Of a stretch of 64,000 bases of DNA, positions 30,772 to 40,284 are shown piece after piece. Each line of letters begins with the position of its first letter. The stretch's first letter is position 1. Origin of the DNA: Polyangiales bacterium. Lineage in GTDB: Bacteria; Myxococcota_A; Polyangia; Polyangiales; Polyangiaceae. Location: the NCBI GenBank assembly GCA_038231275.1, contig JBBRLQ010000023.1:32001-96000 (forward strand), given 5' to 3'. The notes beneath the pieces were generated by a model. That model had not been told where the DNA came from. It did no database searches and worked only from the letters and a program-made list of their open reading frames with translations. The translations under genes and the position numbers were made by a program.

Positions 30772-32844
30772 ATGCACGCCGCATGGTGGATGCTCGGGGC
30801 CCTCGCCGTGCTGGCGATCGGGTACCGCTACTACTCCGCGTTCCTCTCGGCGCGCGTCCTGTGCCTCGACGACCGGCGAGTGACCGCCGCGCACACGCAC
30901 GCCGACGGCCACGATTTCCACCCGACGAACCGCTGGGTCCTCTTCGGCCACCACTTCGCCGCGATCACCGGCGCCGGCCCCCTCATCGGCCCCGTCCTCG
31001 CCGCGCAGTTCGGCTTCTATCCGGGGTTCCTGTGGATCCTCTTCGGCGTGGTCCTCGGCGGCGCCGTCCACGACTTCGTCATCCTCGTCGCGAGCACCCG
31101 GCGCGGCGGGCGCAGCCTCGCGGAGATCGCGAAGGACGAGCTGGGGCCGACGCTCGGCCTCGTCACCGCCGTCGCGATCCTCTTCATCGTCGTCATCGCG
31201 CTCGCGGGCCTCGGCAACGTCGTCGTGGGCGCCCTCATGGAGAGCGCGTGGGGCGTCTTCACGGTGAGCGCCTCGATCCCGATCGCGCTGGCGATGGGCT
31301 TCTACATTTACAGAGTCCGCGGCGGCACAGTGCGCGCGATCAAAGAGGCGTCGGTCGGGGGCGTGATCCTCCTCCTCGCCGCGCTCATCCTCGGCAAGAC
31401 GGTCGGCGATTCGTCCTACGCGGTGTACCTGAAGCTGGGCAAGACGCCGCTGACGCTTGCGATGGCGGCGTACGGGTTCGCGGCCAGCGTCCTCCCGGTG
31501 TGGCTCCTCCTCTGCCCGCGCGACTACCTCTCCAGCTACCTGAAGATCGGCACGATCGGCGCGCTCGTCGTCGGCGTCGTCGTCGTGAACCCCGAGATCC
31601 AGATGCCGGGGGTGACCGAGTACATCCACGGGGGCGGTCCCATCCTGAAGGGGCCGCTCTTTCCGTTCGTGTTCATCACGATCGCGTGCGGCGCGATCAG
31701 CGGGTTTCACGGCCTCGTCGCGAGCGGCACCACGCCGAAGATGATCGATCGCGAGAGCGACTGCAGGCCCATCGGCTACGGCGCGATGCTGATGGAGGGG
31801 CTCGTCGGCATCACGGCGCTGATCGCCGCGTGCGTCCTGCCGCCGGAGGACTACGTCACGATCAACACCGATCCCAAGGTCGCGATCGTCGCGAGCGACG
31901 CCACGCACGGCGAAGGGCTCGCGCGCTCGCGCGAAGAGCTGATGAACGCCGCCGTCCACTTCGACGCGCACGACCGGAAGCTCCTCGAGCTCGACGCGCG
32001 CTCGCTCGACGACCTCGCCGCTGCGAACATTCCCGCCTCCAAAGCGCTCGCCCTCTCGAACGGCGCGCTTGCGGCGCTGGGGTATACGGCCGATCCCGCC
32101 GCTCCTCGGGCGACCACCCTCGACGACGCCGACTTTGCGCGGCTAGGCCTCCACGTGAAGGAGCTGCCCGCCCTCTCGCGGGCGAGCGGCGAAGTCGTGG
32201 CGGCGCGTACGGGCGGCGGGGTCTCTCTCGCGGTCGGCATGGCGCGCGTCTTCAGCGGCCTCCCCGGAATGAGCACGCTCCTCGCGTACTGGTACCACTT
32301 CGCGATCATGTTCGAGGCGCTGTTCATCCTCACGACGATCGACACCGGCACGCGCATCGGCCGGTTCTTGATGCAGGAGATGATCGCCCGCGTCTCGCCT
32401 TCGCTCGGGCGACCGCAGAGCCGCGCCGGGAGCATTCTCGCGACGTTCCTCGTCGTGTTCGGGTGGAGCTACTTCATCCTCACCGGCAACATCACGACCA
32501 TCTGGCCGATGTTCGGCATCGCGAACCAGCTCCTGGCGTGCACGGCGCTCTGCGTGGCGACCACCATCCTCCTCCGCGAGGCCAAGAAGAAGAGCTACGC
32601 GCTCGTCACGATCCTGCCGCTCGCCTTCGTCGGCACCACCACGCTCACCGCCGGCGTGATGAGCATCGCGAACATCTACCTGCCGATGGCCCAACAGGCG
32701 GCGACGCGGACGACCGGGCTCGTGAACGTGATCGTCACCTCGCTCCTCATCGTGTGCGTGCTCGTGATCTTGGCAGGAAGCGTCGCGCGGTGGCTGGGCC
32801 TCACGCGCCGGCCCGAGGTCGACGCGCCGGTCACGTCGGCCTGA
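30772..32844 (+). CDS. cstA: Carbon starvation protein A (peptide/pyruvate transporter family)
   Basis: VLFGHHFAAITGAGPLIGP, PRDYLS, TIACGAISGFH, SGTTPKM, YGAMLMEG and IWPMFGIANQLL motifs. Confidence 0.95.
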   Translation: MHAAWWMLGALAVLAIGYRYYSAFLSARVLCLDDRRVTAAHTHADGHDFHPTNRWVLFGHHFAAITGAGPLIGPVLAAQFGFYPGFLWILFGVVLGGAVHDFVILVASTRRGGRSLAEIAKDELGPTLGLVTAVAILFIVVIALAGLGNVVVGALMESAWGVFTVSASIPIALAMGFYIYRVRGGTVRAIKEASVGGVILLLAALILGKTVGDSSYAVYLKLGKTPLTLAMAAYGFAASVLPVWLLLCPRDYLSSYLKIGTIGALVVGVVVVNPEIQMPGVTEYIHGGGPILKGPLFPFVFITIACGAISGFHGLVASGTTPKMIDRESDCRPIGYGAMLMEGLVGITALIAACVLPPEDYVTINTDPKVAIVASDATHGEGLARSREELMNAAVHFDAHDRKLLELDARSLDDLAAANIPASKALALSNGALAALGYTADPAAPRATTLDDADFARLGLHVKELPALSRASGEVVAARTGGGVSLAVGMARVFSGLPGMSTLLAYWYHFAIMFEALFILTTIDTGTRIGRFLMQEMIARVSPSLGRPQSRAGSILATFLVVFGWSYFILTGNITTIWPMFGIANQLLACTALCVATTILLREAKKKSYALVTILPLAFVGTTTLTAGVMSIANIYLPMAQQAATRTTGLVNVIVTSLLIVCVLVILAGSVARWLGLTRRPEVDAPVTSA

Positions 32845-33080
32845 TGGCCGCGCTCTTGTCCTACGTGCTGCTCGTCGCGCTCGTCGCGCATGCGGGCGCA
32901 CACGTCGCGCTCCTCATCGCGCTCGCGCGTCGACGGCCGCGGTACCGCGCGCTCGTCGCGTTCGTCTTGCCCCCACTCGCGCCGTATTATGGGTGGATGG
33001 CCGGGGATCGCCGGCTCTCGCTCGTCTGGCTGGGAGGGTTGGGCGTCTATGCCGCAGGGGTAGCTTTGGCGAACCTGTGA
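32844..33080 (+). CDS. Small membrane protein (78 aa)
   Basis: ATG overlaps the cstA stop (TGATG); MAALLSYVLLVALVAH...PPLAPYYGW, 2-3 hydrophobic segments. Confidence 0.7.
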   Translation: MAALLSYVLLVALVAHAGAHVALLIALARRRPRYRALVAFVLPPLAPYYGWMAGDRRLSLVWLGGLGVYAAGVALANL

Positions 33081-33096
33081 CGTAGGAGGTGGGGCC

Positions 33097-33339
33097 ATGC
33101 GACTCCTCCTCTTGTTCGAGCCCGGCTTTGCGCTCGCCCTCATCGCGTTGGTCACGCGCTACGCCCACGAGCCCTCGATCCGCGTGGCGTTCGTGATCAG
33201 CGCCGTCGCCGCGCTCGCGATCTTGCCGCTCTCGCTGCTCCTGCGCCGCGGCCCTTCGCCGGACGCGGATTCGCACGCGGACGCGGACGCCGACCTGGAC
33301 GCGGATCCGCAAAATGGAGAAGCGGCGGAAGACGCCTGA
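33097..33339 (+). CDS. Small 2-TM protein with acidic tail
   Basis: Strong AGGAGG Shine-Dalgarno, two hydrophobic helices, DADA-rich tail. Confidence 0.6.
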   Translation: MRLLLLFEPGFALALIALVTRYAHEPSIRVAFVISAVAALAILPLSLLLRRGPSPDADSHADADADLDADPQNGEAAEDA

Positions 33340-33384
33340 GCGCCCCCGCCGCGGGTGTTCCCTGAATTTTCGTAGAAGCGACGG

Positions 33385-33552
33385 CTACTTCGCGTCGGCC
33401 TTCTTCGCGTCGGCGGCCTTCGCGTCGTACCCCTCGGGGTGGACCGCGAACTTCGGCGTGCCGAGGCGGCGGAGCGTGCGCTTGTTGCGCTTCCCGGCGG
33501 TGGAGGCCTTGCGCTTGCGGATGCGGTCGAACTGCTGCGTCGACGAAACCAT
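33385..33552 (-). CDS. 55-aa Lys/Arg-rich protein (not in the ORF track)
   Basis: MVSSTQQFDRIRKRKASTAGKRNKRTLRRLGTPKFAVHPEGYDAKAADAKKADAK-TAG; GAGG Shine-Dalgarno; almost all third codon positions are G/C. Confidence 0.8.
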   Translation of the reverse strand: MVSSTQQFDRIRKRKASTAGKRNKRTLRRLGTPKFAVHPEGYDAKAADAKKADAK

Positions 33553-33611
33553 TGGAAACCTCTGAGCTTTTTGCGTATCGGGCGGGACGCCCAGGAGGAC
33601 GCGGGACGCGC

Positions 33612-33640
33612 AAGATGGCCGGACAGGGGCCGCCTGTCAA
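33612..33640 (-). promoter_or_regulatory. Sigma70-type promoter TTGACA-N17-CATCTT
   Basis: Perfect -35, 17-nt spacer, followed by a GC-rich discriminator (GCGCGTCC); points into the 55-aa gene. Confidence 0.7.
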
Positions 33641-33695
33641 GGGCAGGCGTCAAGTGCTGGCAAATCGCCCGAGTGCGATTAGGCTGCGCGCGCCG

Positions 33696-34358
33696 ATGAG
33701 CACCGTCGTCTCCGCCATGCCCGCGCGCCCGAAGCCGAAGCTCCGAGGCGTCTCTCATCAGATCGCCTGCTTCGTCGCCATCGCGGCGACGCTGCTCCTC
33801 GTTCGCAGCGCGGGCAGCCCGCGCGCCGCCGCCGCCGCCGCGATCTACGGCGCCTCGCTCTCGACGCTCCTCGGCATCAGCGCCCTCTACCACCGCAAAC
33901 ACTGGGCGCCGGCGCCGCGCATGATCATGCGACGCGTCGATCACTCGGCCATCTTCCTCTTGATCGCCGGCACCTACACGCCCGCCTTCTGGTTGCTCGA
34001 TCCGATCCCCGGCCACCGGCCGCTCTGGATCGTGTGGATCGGCGCCGCGCTCGGCATCGGCAAATCGATGTTGTGGCCGAAGGCACCGAAGGCGGTCACC
34101 GCCGCGCTCTACGTGATTCTGGGGTGGGTCGTCGTCGGCGACGTCGTTCGGCTCGAGAGCGTGATGGGCGCGCCCGCGGTGTGGCTGCTCGTCATCGGCG
34201 GCGTCGTCTATTCGCTCGGCGCGCTCGTGTACGCGCGCCGAAAGCCGGATCCGATGCCCCTGGTCTTCGGGTACCACGAGATCTTCCACGCGCTGGTCCT
34301 GGTCGCCAGCGCGGTCCACTTCGCCCACGTGGTGCTCGTGCTCGGCGTCGCGCGTTAG
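33696..34358 (+). CDS. Hemolysin III / PAQR family membrane protein
   Basis: KPKLRGVSH, SALYH, DHSAIFLLIAGTYTP and GYHEIFH motifs. Confidence 0.93.
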   Translation: MSTVVSAMPARPKPKLRGVSHQIACFVAIAATLLLVRSAGSPRAAAAAAIYGASLSTLLGISALYHRKHWAPAPRMIMRRVDHSAIFLLIAGTYTPAFWLLDPIPGHRPLWIVWIGAALGIGKSMLWPKAPKAVTAALYVILGWVVVGDVVRLESVMGAPAVWLLVIGGVVYSLGALVYARRKPDPMPLVFGYHEIFHALVLVASAVHFAHVVLVLGVAR

Positions 34359-34371
34359 ACGCTCCGTCTCT

Positions 34372-37326
34372 TCAGTTCACCGGCGCCGCGTTGTCCGGTG
34401 GCGCCGTGCTCGTCGCCGCGCCGGGGCTCGGGTTGACGGCGGCGCCTCCGAGATCGAAGAGCGGGAACTCGCGCGACTTGAACGCGAAGATCGGGATCTT
34501 GGTGTGGAAGCCCTTCCAGTGGAACAGCTCCACCTCGAAGAGCTTGATGCCGAGGAACTTGGCGTACGCGTCCATGTGACCGTCGAGCGTGCCGAGCGTG
34601 AGATCGAGCCCCGCGTCGAAGACGATCGAGACGACGGCGTCCTTCGACGACTTGAGCCGCGCGCCGCCGTGCACGGGGAGACCGATGTCGAGGAGCACGA
34701 GGTCCACGTCGACGCCGACGCCCGCGATGCCGGCGATACTGCAATCGGCGCCGACGACGAGATCGAGGTGCGCGTCGGGCTTCACGATGCCGTCGATGTT
34801 GAAGATCTCGTCCTTCTTGCAGGTCCCTTTGTCGGGCCCGCCGGCCTGCACGATGATGTCGGCGCCGTAGCCCCACGCGATGCCGATGGTGAAGGTCAAC
34901 GTGACCCAGGTGATTTGCACGGGGATGACGGCGATCGTCTCCTCGCTGCCGCCCAAGTTGCCGGGGATGATGTAGTTGCCGGCCTGGTTGATCTTGAACT
35001 CGGTATTGTCGGGGATCTTGTAGAACTCGTAGAGCCCCTCGAGGAACTCGCCGTGGCCGTAGACCTTCACCTTGTCGGTCTGTTGCTGCTGCGCGTCGTC
35101 GTTGAGATCGATGCCAAAATCGGCGGCGACGATGTGGAACGGCGGCAAGCCGAACGCGTACGCGAACGCCTCGATCGACGCATGCGTGCGACCGCCCATG
35201 CGGCACGGCACGCTCGGATACTTCGGATCGTTGTCGGGGAAGCGCGCGAAGATTTTTGCCTCCCAGCCAAGGTCGTACGCGTAGCCGACGCCGAACGACT
35301 TGCTGCCCCATGTCTCGTTGTTGCGCTTGTCCTGGCCGAAGTTGTCGGTCTGTTTGATGGGCAGGCCCTCGAGGTCCTTGCCGCGCTTCACCTCGGCGGC
35401 AACGATGACGGACTTGGTCATGACCGGCGTGCGCGCGGGGATGCGCCCGGCGAAGAGCGTCGTGCGCCAGGTGCGGCACTCGGCGTACGCGCGCTCCTTG
35501 GCGGCCATGTTGTAGCCGACCGTGTTGTTCACCCAGCGCTTCACGAACATGTTCGGCGACCAGTCGCACGCGTAGTTCGCGGTGTCGAAGCAGGTCGGTC
35601 CGCGATTGGCAGCGGTCTTCTTCCCCCACTCGTCGAGGAGGACGTTGACGGTCTCGCACGCCGCGAGCTCGCCGACGAAGGCCTCGGGCGCTGCGGGAGT
35701 GGAGGCGGCCCACACGGTCTTCGGCGTGCTCTTGCGGTTCGACGCGCGCGGCGCGCAGAGGAGACGAGGGTACGGCACGGACGTGTCGATCTTGGGCGGG
35801 TGGACGCGCCAGTTGATGTCGAGGTACGCGAGCTGTCCGTTGTCGACGCTGGGCGACTGCGGCTGTTGGAGGCGTGTGCCGCTTCGCACGACGATGTTGC
35901 CGCCGGCGGTGGTGGGAGGTGGGCCGGCCTTGCCGCTCATCGCGTTCAGCTTCGGCGGCGCGGCGGCGCCCGCTTGGAGCAGCGGCGAGCCGAGCGTGAC
36001 GGCGCCGCGGTTCGCGAGGCCGGGGAAGGCGAGGCCGCCGCCGATGTTGGCGCCGGCCTTCAGCGCATCGAGCATGCCGGCGTGCGCGTTGACGAACGAG
36101 AGCATGTCCGTCGCGTTGGTCCGGTCGACGTTGCCGAACGTCGCGCGTGAGGCGAACGGATCGCCGTCGGACATCTGCGCCTGCCCGGGGAAGACGCGGC
36201 CGACGGCGCTGGGGATCCCGGTGCAGTCCTGGGGGTTCAGGTGCGCGACGCATTTGGCGACGTCGTAGAAGTGATCCATCGCGGCGAGCATCGCGTCGTT
36301 GCGCCGCTTGTACTCGTCGAACTCGCCGGGCGTGATCGCCGCGGTGCGCGTGTTGAGGACCTCGTGGAAGTCCCACTCGTCGGCGAAGCCCTGCGCCTTG
36401 GGGCCGATGCCGTTGCCCTTGCCGCCTTGCCCGATGTCGTAGGTCGAGAGCTCGTCACGGATCGCCTTGTAGAGCGCCTGCACGCTCGCCTGCTTCGCCG
36501 GATCGGACGCGAAAGCCGTGACGATCGACGCCGTGAGGAACGCGCCAGTGCCCGCGTAGAACGCGTTTTTCGGCATTCTTCCGGTGAAATCGAGACGACC
36601 GTCGTAGTCGGGGATGAACTCCTTGAAGGCCGGCAGGAGCGGGTTCTGGAGCGCGCGGCGCGCGATGCCGGGCGAGGCGGGCAAGAGGCTCACGTTGACC
36701 TCGCAGCGCGCGTCCCCTTTGCAGCCGTAGATCGCGTCGAGCCACCGCTCGTCGTCGTGGAACCCCTTGTAGACGTAGTCCTCGCACGACGCGACGTCGT
36801 CGCCGCCGGCCGCGTGAGGGCGCTGGTAGGTCGCGAGCAGGCCGCCCGGCGTCCACGCGAGCGCGTCGGTCTTCGCCTTCATCTCTTGCGCGGCCCAGCG
36901 GTTCTGGGTGTTGGGGCGCGGCGCGAGGCGAGGCCGCCGCTTCATCTTCGCGTTCCAGCTCTTGGGCTGACGGTAGGGGTCCTGGGTATAGGGCACCGGC
37001 AGGATGCCGTAGCTCTCGTGACGATTCGAGTCGGCGAAGCCCGGCTCTTTGGGCGTTCCGTAGATCTTGTTTGGCGTCGGCGGTTTTCCCCCGACCCGCG
37101 GGCGCTGCTCCTCGAGCGCGAGGCGCTTGTTCATCGTGTCGCACGTGCCGCGGTTGGCGACGCAGAGCGCGTGGTAGTCGGGGTTGCCGCAGTCCGACGC
37201 GCTCGGAGGCACGTTGCACGGCGAGATCGGCGGGGGATCGCCGGGCGCCGCTGCGCTGTCCACGCCATAAAGCGACGCGCCGAGCGCGATACCGGCCATC
37301 CACGCGATCGTCTTCGTCTTGGTCAT
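34372..37326 (-). CDS. Large secreted protein (984 aa), Cys-containing N-terminus and amphipathic beta-strand-rich C-terminus
   Basis: Sec-type signal peptide, strong GC3 bias, C-terminal ~300 aa of alternating hydrophobic/Gly strands; ATGA overlap with the upstream gene. Confidence 0.85.
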   Translation of the reverse strand: MTKTKTIAWMAGIALGASLYGVDSAAAPGDPPPISPCNVPPSASDCGNPDYHALCVANRGTCDTMNKRLALEEQRPRVGGKPPTPNKIYGTPKEPGFADSNRHESYGILPVPYTQDPYRQPKSWNAKMKRRPRLAPRPNTQNRWAAQEMKAKTDALAWTPGGLLATYQRPHAAGGDDVASCEDYVYKGFHDDERWLDAIYGCKGDARCEVNVSLLPASPGIARRALQNPLLPAFKEFIPDYDGRLDFTGRMPKNAFYAGTGAFLTASIVTAFASDPAKQASVQALYKAIRDELSTYDIGQGGKGNGIGPKAQGFADEWDFHEVLNTRTAAITPGEFDEYKRRNDAMLAAMDHFYDVAKCVAHLNPQDCTGIPSAVGRVFPGQAQMSDGDPFASRATFGNVDRTNATDMLSFVNAHAGMLDALKAGANIGGGLAFPGLANRGAVTLGSPLLQAGAAAPPKLNAMSGKAGPPPTTAGGNIVVRSGTRLQQPQSPSVDNGQLAYLDINWRVHPPKIDTSVPYPRLLCAPRASNRKSTPKTVWAASTPAAPEAFVGELAACETVNVLLDEWGKKTAANRGPTCFDTANYACDWSPNMFVKRWVNNTVGYNMAAKERAYAECRTWRTTLFAGRIPARTPVMTKSVIVAAEVKRGKDLEGLPIKQTDNFGQDKRNNETWGSKSFGVGYAYDLGWEAKIFARFPDNDPKYPSVPCRMGGRTHASIEAFAYAFGLPPFHIVAADFGIDLNDDAQQQQTDKVKVYGHGEFLEGLYEFYKIPDNTEFKINQAGNYIIPGNLGGSEETIAVIPVQITWVTLTFTIGIAWGYGADIIVQAGGPDKGTCKKDEIFNIDGIVKPDAHLDLVVGADCSIAGIAGVGVDVDLVLLDIGLPVHGGARLKSSKDAVVSIVFDAGLDLTLGTLDGHMDAYAKFLGIKLFEVELFHWKGFHTKIPIFAFKSREFPLFDLGGAAVNPSPGAATSTAPPDNAAPVN

Positions 37327-39239
37327 CGGGTCTCCTGGGACACTGCGAGCGCCGGTATCGGATGGTCGTTTTCGAGCTCTCGCTCTTGCGCGAGGAGCCC
37401 CTCGATCTCGTCGTGGAGGTCGCTGTTCGCCGGCGTGCGCGCCAGGATGGCGACGAGGATGGGGTGCGCCTCGTCCTCGGGGTTCGACGCGGCGGTGCCG
37501 AGCAGCGACACGATCGCGCCGTCCGCGGCGTGCGGCGTCTTGTCGAACGCGACGAGCTCGCGAAGGCGCGCCCAGTCGTCACCGGACAGGCTCTGCATCC
37601 GGAGCGCGCGGATCGCGGTGACTGCGACGCTGACCATGCGATCTTGCGCCAGCTCGAAGAGCGTCGTGCGCGTCACGTCGCTGTCGATGTTGCGCAGGCT
37701 GAACGCGACCTGATCGCGCACGTGCGCGCCGGTGCTGCGGGCGTAGGGCGCCATCACCGCGTCGTCCCCCACGAACGCGCCGTTTCCAAGCCCTTTCAAG
37801 AGGGCGATCTGGTCGTCCTCGTCCGTCGCTGCCGCGAGATCGGCGAGCAGCGTCGCGTGGATGTCGTCGCCGAGCCCGTCGCCGACCGCGTGGAGCTTTC
37901 GCGCCAGCGCGCCGAGCGGGACCGCCGACGCGCGCGCGCGCTCGACGTTTTTTTGCGCCTTGGCCTCGTCATAGACATCTCGCACGACCGCGGCCGTTGC
38001 GCGCGCCGGCTTCCTCACGAGCATGAAGCGCTGCACGAAATGCCCGAACGCCTCCGTGTCGGCGCGCGCCTCGCTCGAGCCAATGAGCGTTGCCATCGCC
38101 TCCTGTGCCGTCGCGTCGCCGGTCGCGCTGAGCAGATCCATCACGAGCGTGCGCGACGCGTTCGAGCGGGTCGATTGGAAGAGCGCGACCAGCGCGCGCG
38201 TCGACTCGGGGTGAAGTCGACCGTACGCCGACGCGCGGACGATGAAGCCGCGCTTCAGATCGGGGCTGCGGGCGTAGTCGAGGACGGTGGCCTGGATCGA
38301 CGCGGTCGTCGTGTCGGCGACGAGGCTCTCGTCCCTCTTCTGCTCGTCGATCGCGAGCGGAGCGGCGGTGGCGGTGAAGCGCGCGGCGTCGCTCGGACGC
38401 GCGTCGTTCGGCGTGATCGCGCGTCGCGTCAGCTCGAGCTCCGAAGACGAGCGATAGGGGAGGTCACCCGTGTCGATCGTCACCTGCTCGGTGTCGCGCA
38501 TCGAGACGAGCACGCCCGCCGTGTCCAGCACGATCGTCGCGCCGCCGCCGACGTGTTGCGGCGCGTCGTCCAGCTCACCCGGCGCGGCAGGCACCGCGGT
38601 CACGTGGGTGTAGGCAACGCGCTCGCGAAGGAGCGTGCGCGCGTCGTCGCTCCGGTAGCGCACCTTGCACGTCCCGGTCGGCGTCGTCTCTTCGGCTTCC
38701 CAGGTCGTCACCGCACCGTCGGGGGGGAGGCTGACGCGGACCGCCTGCACGACGCGCTCGAGCAGCTGCCGAACGCGAGGCGGCGTCGTCGGATCGAACG
38801 CGACGCTCACGATTCGCCCTCGCTCGTCCATGCGAACGAGCGCTGCCTGGCCTACGATCGCGCTCTTCTCGGCGGGCGCCGTCGCGTCGTCGAACATCGG
38901 CTTGCCCTGCATGCGCACGTCGTACGTCCGGATCTCGGGCATGGAGACGACGAGTTCGGACACGCCGTCACGCGCGCCGATCGCGCGGACGAGGAGCGTC
39001 GCCTCGAGCCGCACGTCGACGTCCATCGGATGCGGAGCGCCGGGCAAGTGGACCAGCGACGCGCCCGACCAGGTGAGATCGTAGACGTGGTCGCTGCCGG
39101 CGCTCCACCGCTGGGCCCGCGTCGTGGCGCGCTCGTTCGCGTGCGCCGCGGGCCCCATCGCGCGCCTCGCGGTGGCGTACATGCACACCGCCGCTGCGCC
39201 CATCAATGCGGTGAGGATCACCGCGTGCGTCCTCTTCAT
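37323..39239 (-). CDS. Vitellogenin_N / large lipid transfer (LLT)-like protein with HEAT-like helical domain
   Basis: W..G..HVY, GRIVSVAF...P....LL..V, EETTPTGTCKVRY, DLLSATGDATAQ, LGALARK, LLKGLGNG and VRDQVAFSLR follow the motif order of LLT domains. Confidence 0.7.
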   Translation of the reverse strand: MKRTHAVILTALMGAAAVCMYATARRAMGPAAHANERATTRAQRWSAGSDHVYDLTWSGASLVHLPGAPHPMDVDVRLEATLLVRAIGARDGVSELVVSMPEIRTYDVRMQGKPMFDDATAPAEKSAIVGQAALVRMDERGRIVSVAFDPTTPPRVRQLLERVVQAVRVSLPPDGAVTTWEAEETTPTGTCKVRYRSDDARTLLRERVAYTHVTAVPAAPGELDDAPQHVGGGATIVLDTAGVLVSMRDTEQVTIDTGDLPYRSSSELELTRRAITPNDARPSDAARFTATAAPLAIDEQKRDESLVADTTTASIQATVLDYARSPDLKRGFIVRASAYGRLHPESTRALVALFQSTRSNASRTLVMDLLSATGDATAQEAMATLIGSSEARADTEAFGHFVQRFMLVRKPARATAAVVRDVYDEAKAQKNVERARASAVPLGALARKLHAVGDGLGDDIHATLLADLAAATDEDDQIALLKGLGNGAFVGDDAVMAPYARSTGAHVRDQVAFSLRNIDSDVTRTTLFELAQDRMVSVAVTAIRALRMQSLSGDDWARLRELVAFDKTPHAADGAIVSLLGTAASNPEDEAHPILVAILARTPANSDLHDEIEGLLAQERELENDHPIPALAVSQETR

Positions 39240-39360
39240 GCGTTCGTCTCCCAGCGATCCATCAGAGGCGCGAAGGGCGATTGCCGCAAGGATTCCGTCG
39301 CTTACACGGTCGCGTAAACACCGAGGGCGAGCGATCGCGGCGAGCGGTACGATCGGAAGG

Positions 39361-40236
39361 ATGCGCGCGCCGCCCGCCCATGGGATTCTCGTCGCGATCG
39401 CGGCGATGATGGCGGCGTCGTGCGACGGATCGCGCGCCTCGACGTCGGCCCCGGCGGACTCGGGGACGTGCGCCGCCGTCGCGGACGCGTCGGACCTCGC
39501 GTGCGTGCTCCACGTCGACGGTCGCGTCATCGATCTCGCCGGCTCGCCTGTGCGGCGGCCCGTCGTGTCCATGTGCTCGCGCGAGTGCTACGGCGCCGCA
39601 GGGGCCGACGACGGGACCTTCTCGATCCCTATAGGCGCGCTGCTTCGCGCTAGCGATTATGCGCTCCACGTCAGCGGCCGCCCCGACTTCGCCGACGTGT
39701 ACTCGAAGGTGCCGCCGGCCGACAAAGGAGCGATCGCGCTCGGAGCGGCGATCATTCTGCCCGCGCTTCCATCGACCGGGCCAGCGCTTCCGGACGCCGC
39801 GGCGACGGCCACGACGATCGTGAGCGGCGATCTCACGCTCGACGTGCCCGCAGGTGCCACCTTCCAACTCGACGTCGGCGACGTCGCGCTCGGCGACCGC
39901 GGTCGCCAGCTCCGTGTCGCGCGCGTACCGCTGGACGCCACCCCGGAGTTCGCGCGCGCGCTCACCGGCGTCGTGGGCCTCTACGCGCTCGCGCCTCCGG
40001 GCGCCGCGTCGTCTCTTCCGCTCGCCGTGCACCTGCCGAACGCGGCTTCGCTTCCGCCGTCGAGCGCGGTCGATCTCTTCGTGCTCGACGACGACTACCG
40101 CCCGATGCCGCCCACCGCGGGCACTGCGCGCCTCGCGGCGAAGGCGCACGTCTCGGCAGATGGCCGTACCATCGACACCGACGTCGGTGCGGGCATCGCG
40201 AACCTCACTTGGCTGGTCGTGCGTCGATCTCCGTGA
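39361..40236 (+). CDS. Lipoprotein with transthyretin/carboxypeptidase-regulatory-like beta domain
   Basis: Lipobox MAASC; VDGRVIDLAGSPV...C...C.....DDGTFSI pattern. Confidence 0.7.
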   Translation: MRAPPAHGILVAIAAMMAASCDGSRASTSAPADSGTCAAVADASDLACVLHVDGRVIDLAGSPVRRPVVSMCSRECYGAAGADDGTFSIPIGALLRASDYALHVSGRPDFADVYSKVPPADKGAIALGAAIILPALPSTGPALPDAAATATTIVSGDLTLDVPAGATFQLDVGDVALGDRGRQLRVARVPLDATPEFARALTGVVGLYALAPPGAASSLPLAVHLPNAASLPPSSAVDLFVLDDDYRPMPPTAGTARLAAKAHVSADGRTIDTDVGAGIANLTWLVVRRSP

Positions 40237-40284
40237 CCACGACCGTGATGTGGATGCTACCCTGAGCGTTCCGAGGAGGTCCCG

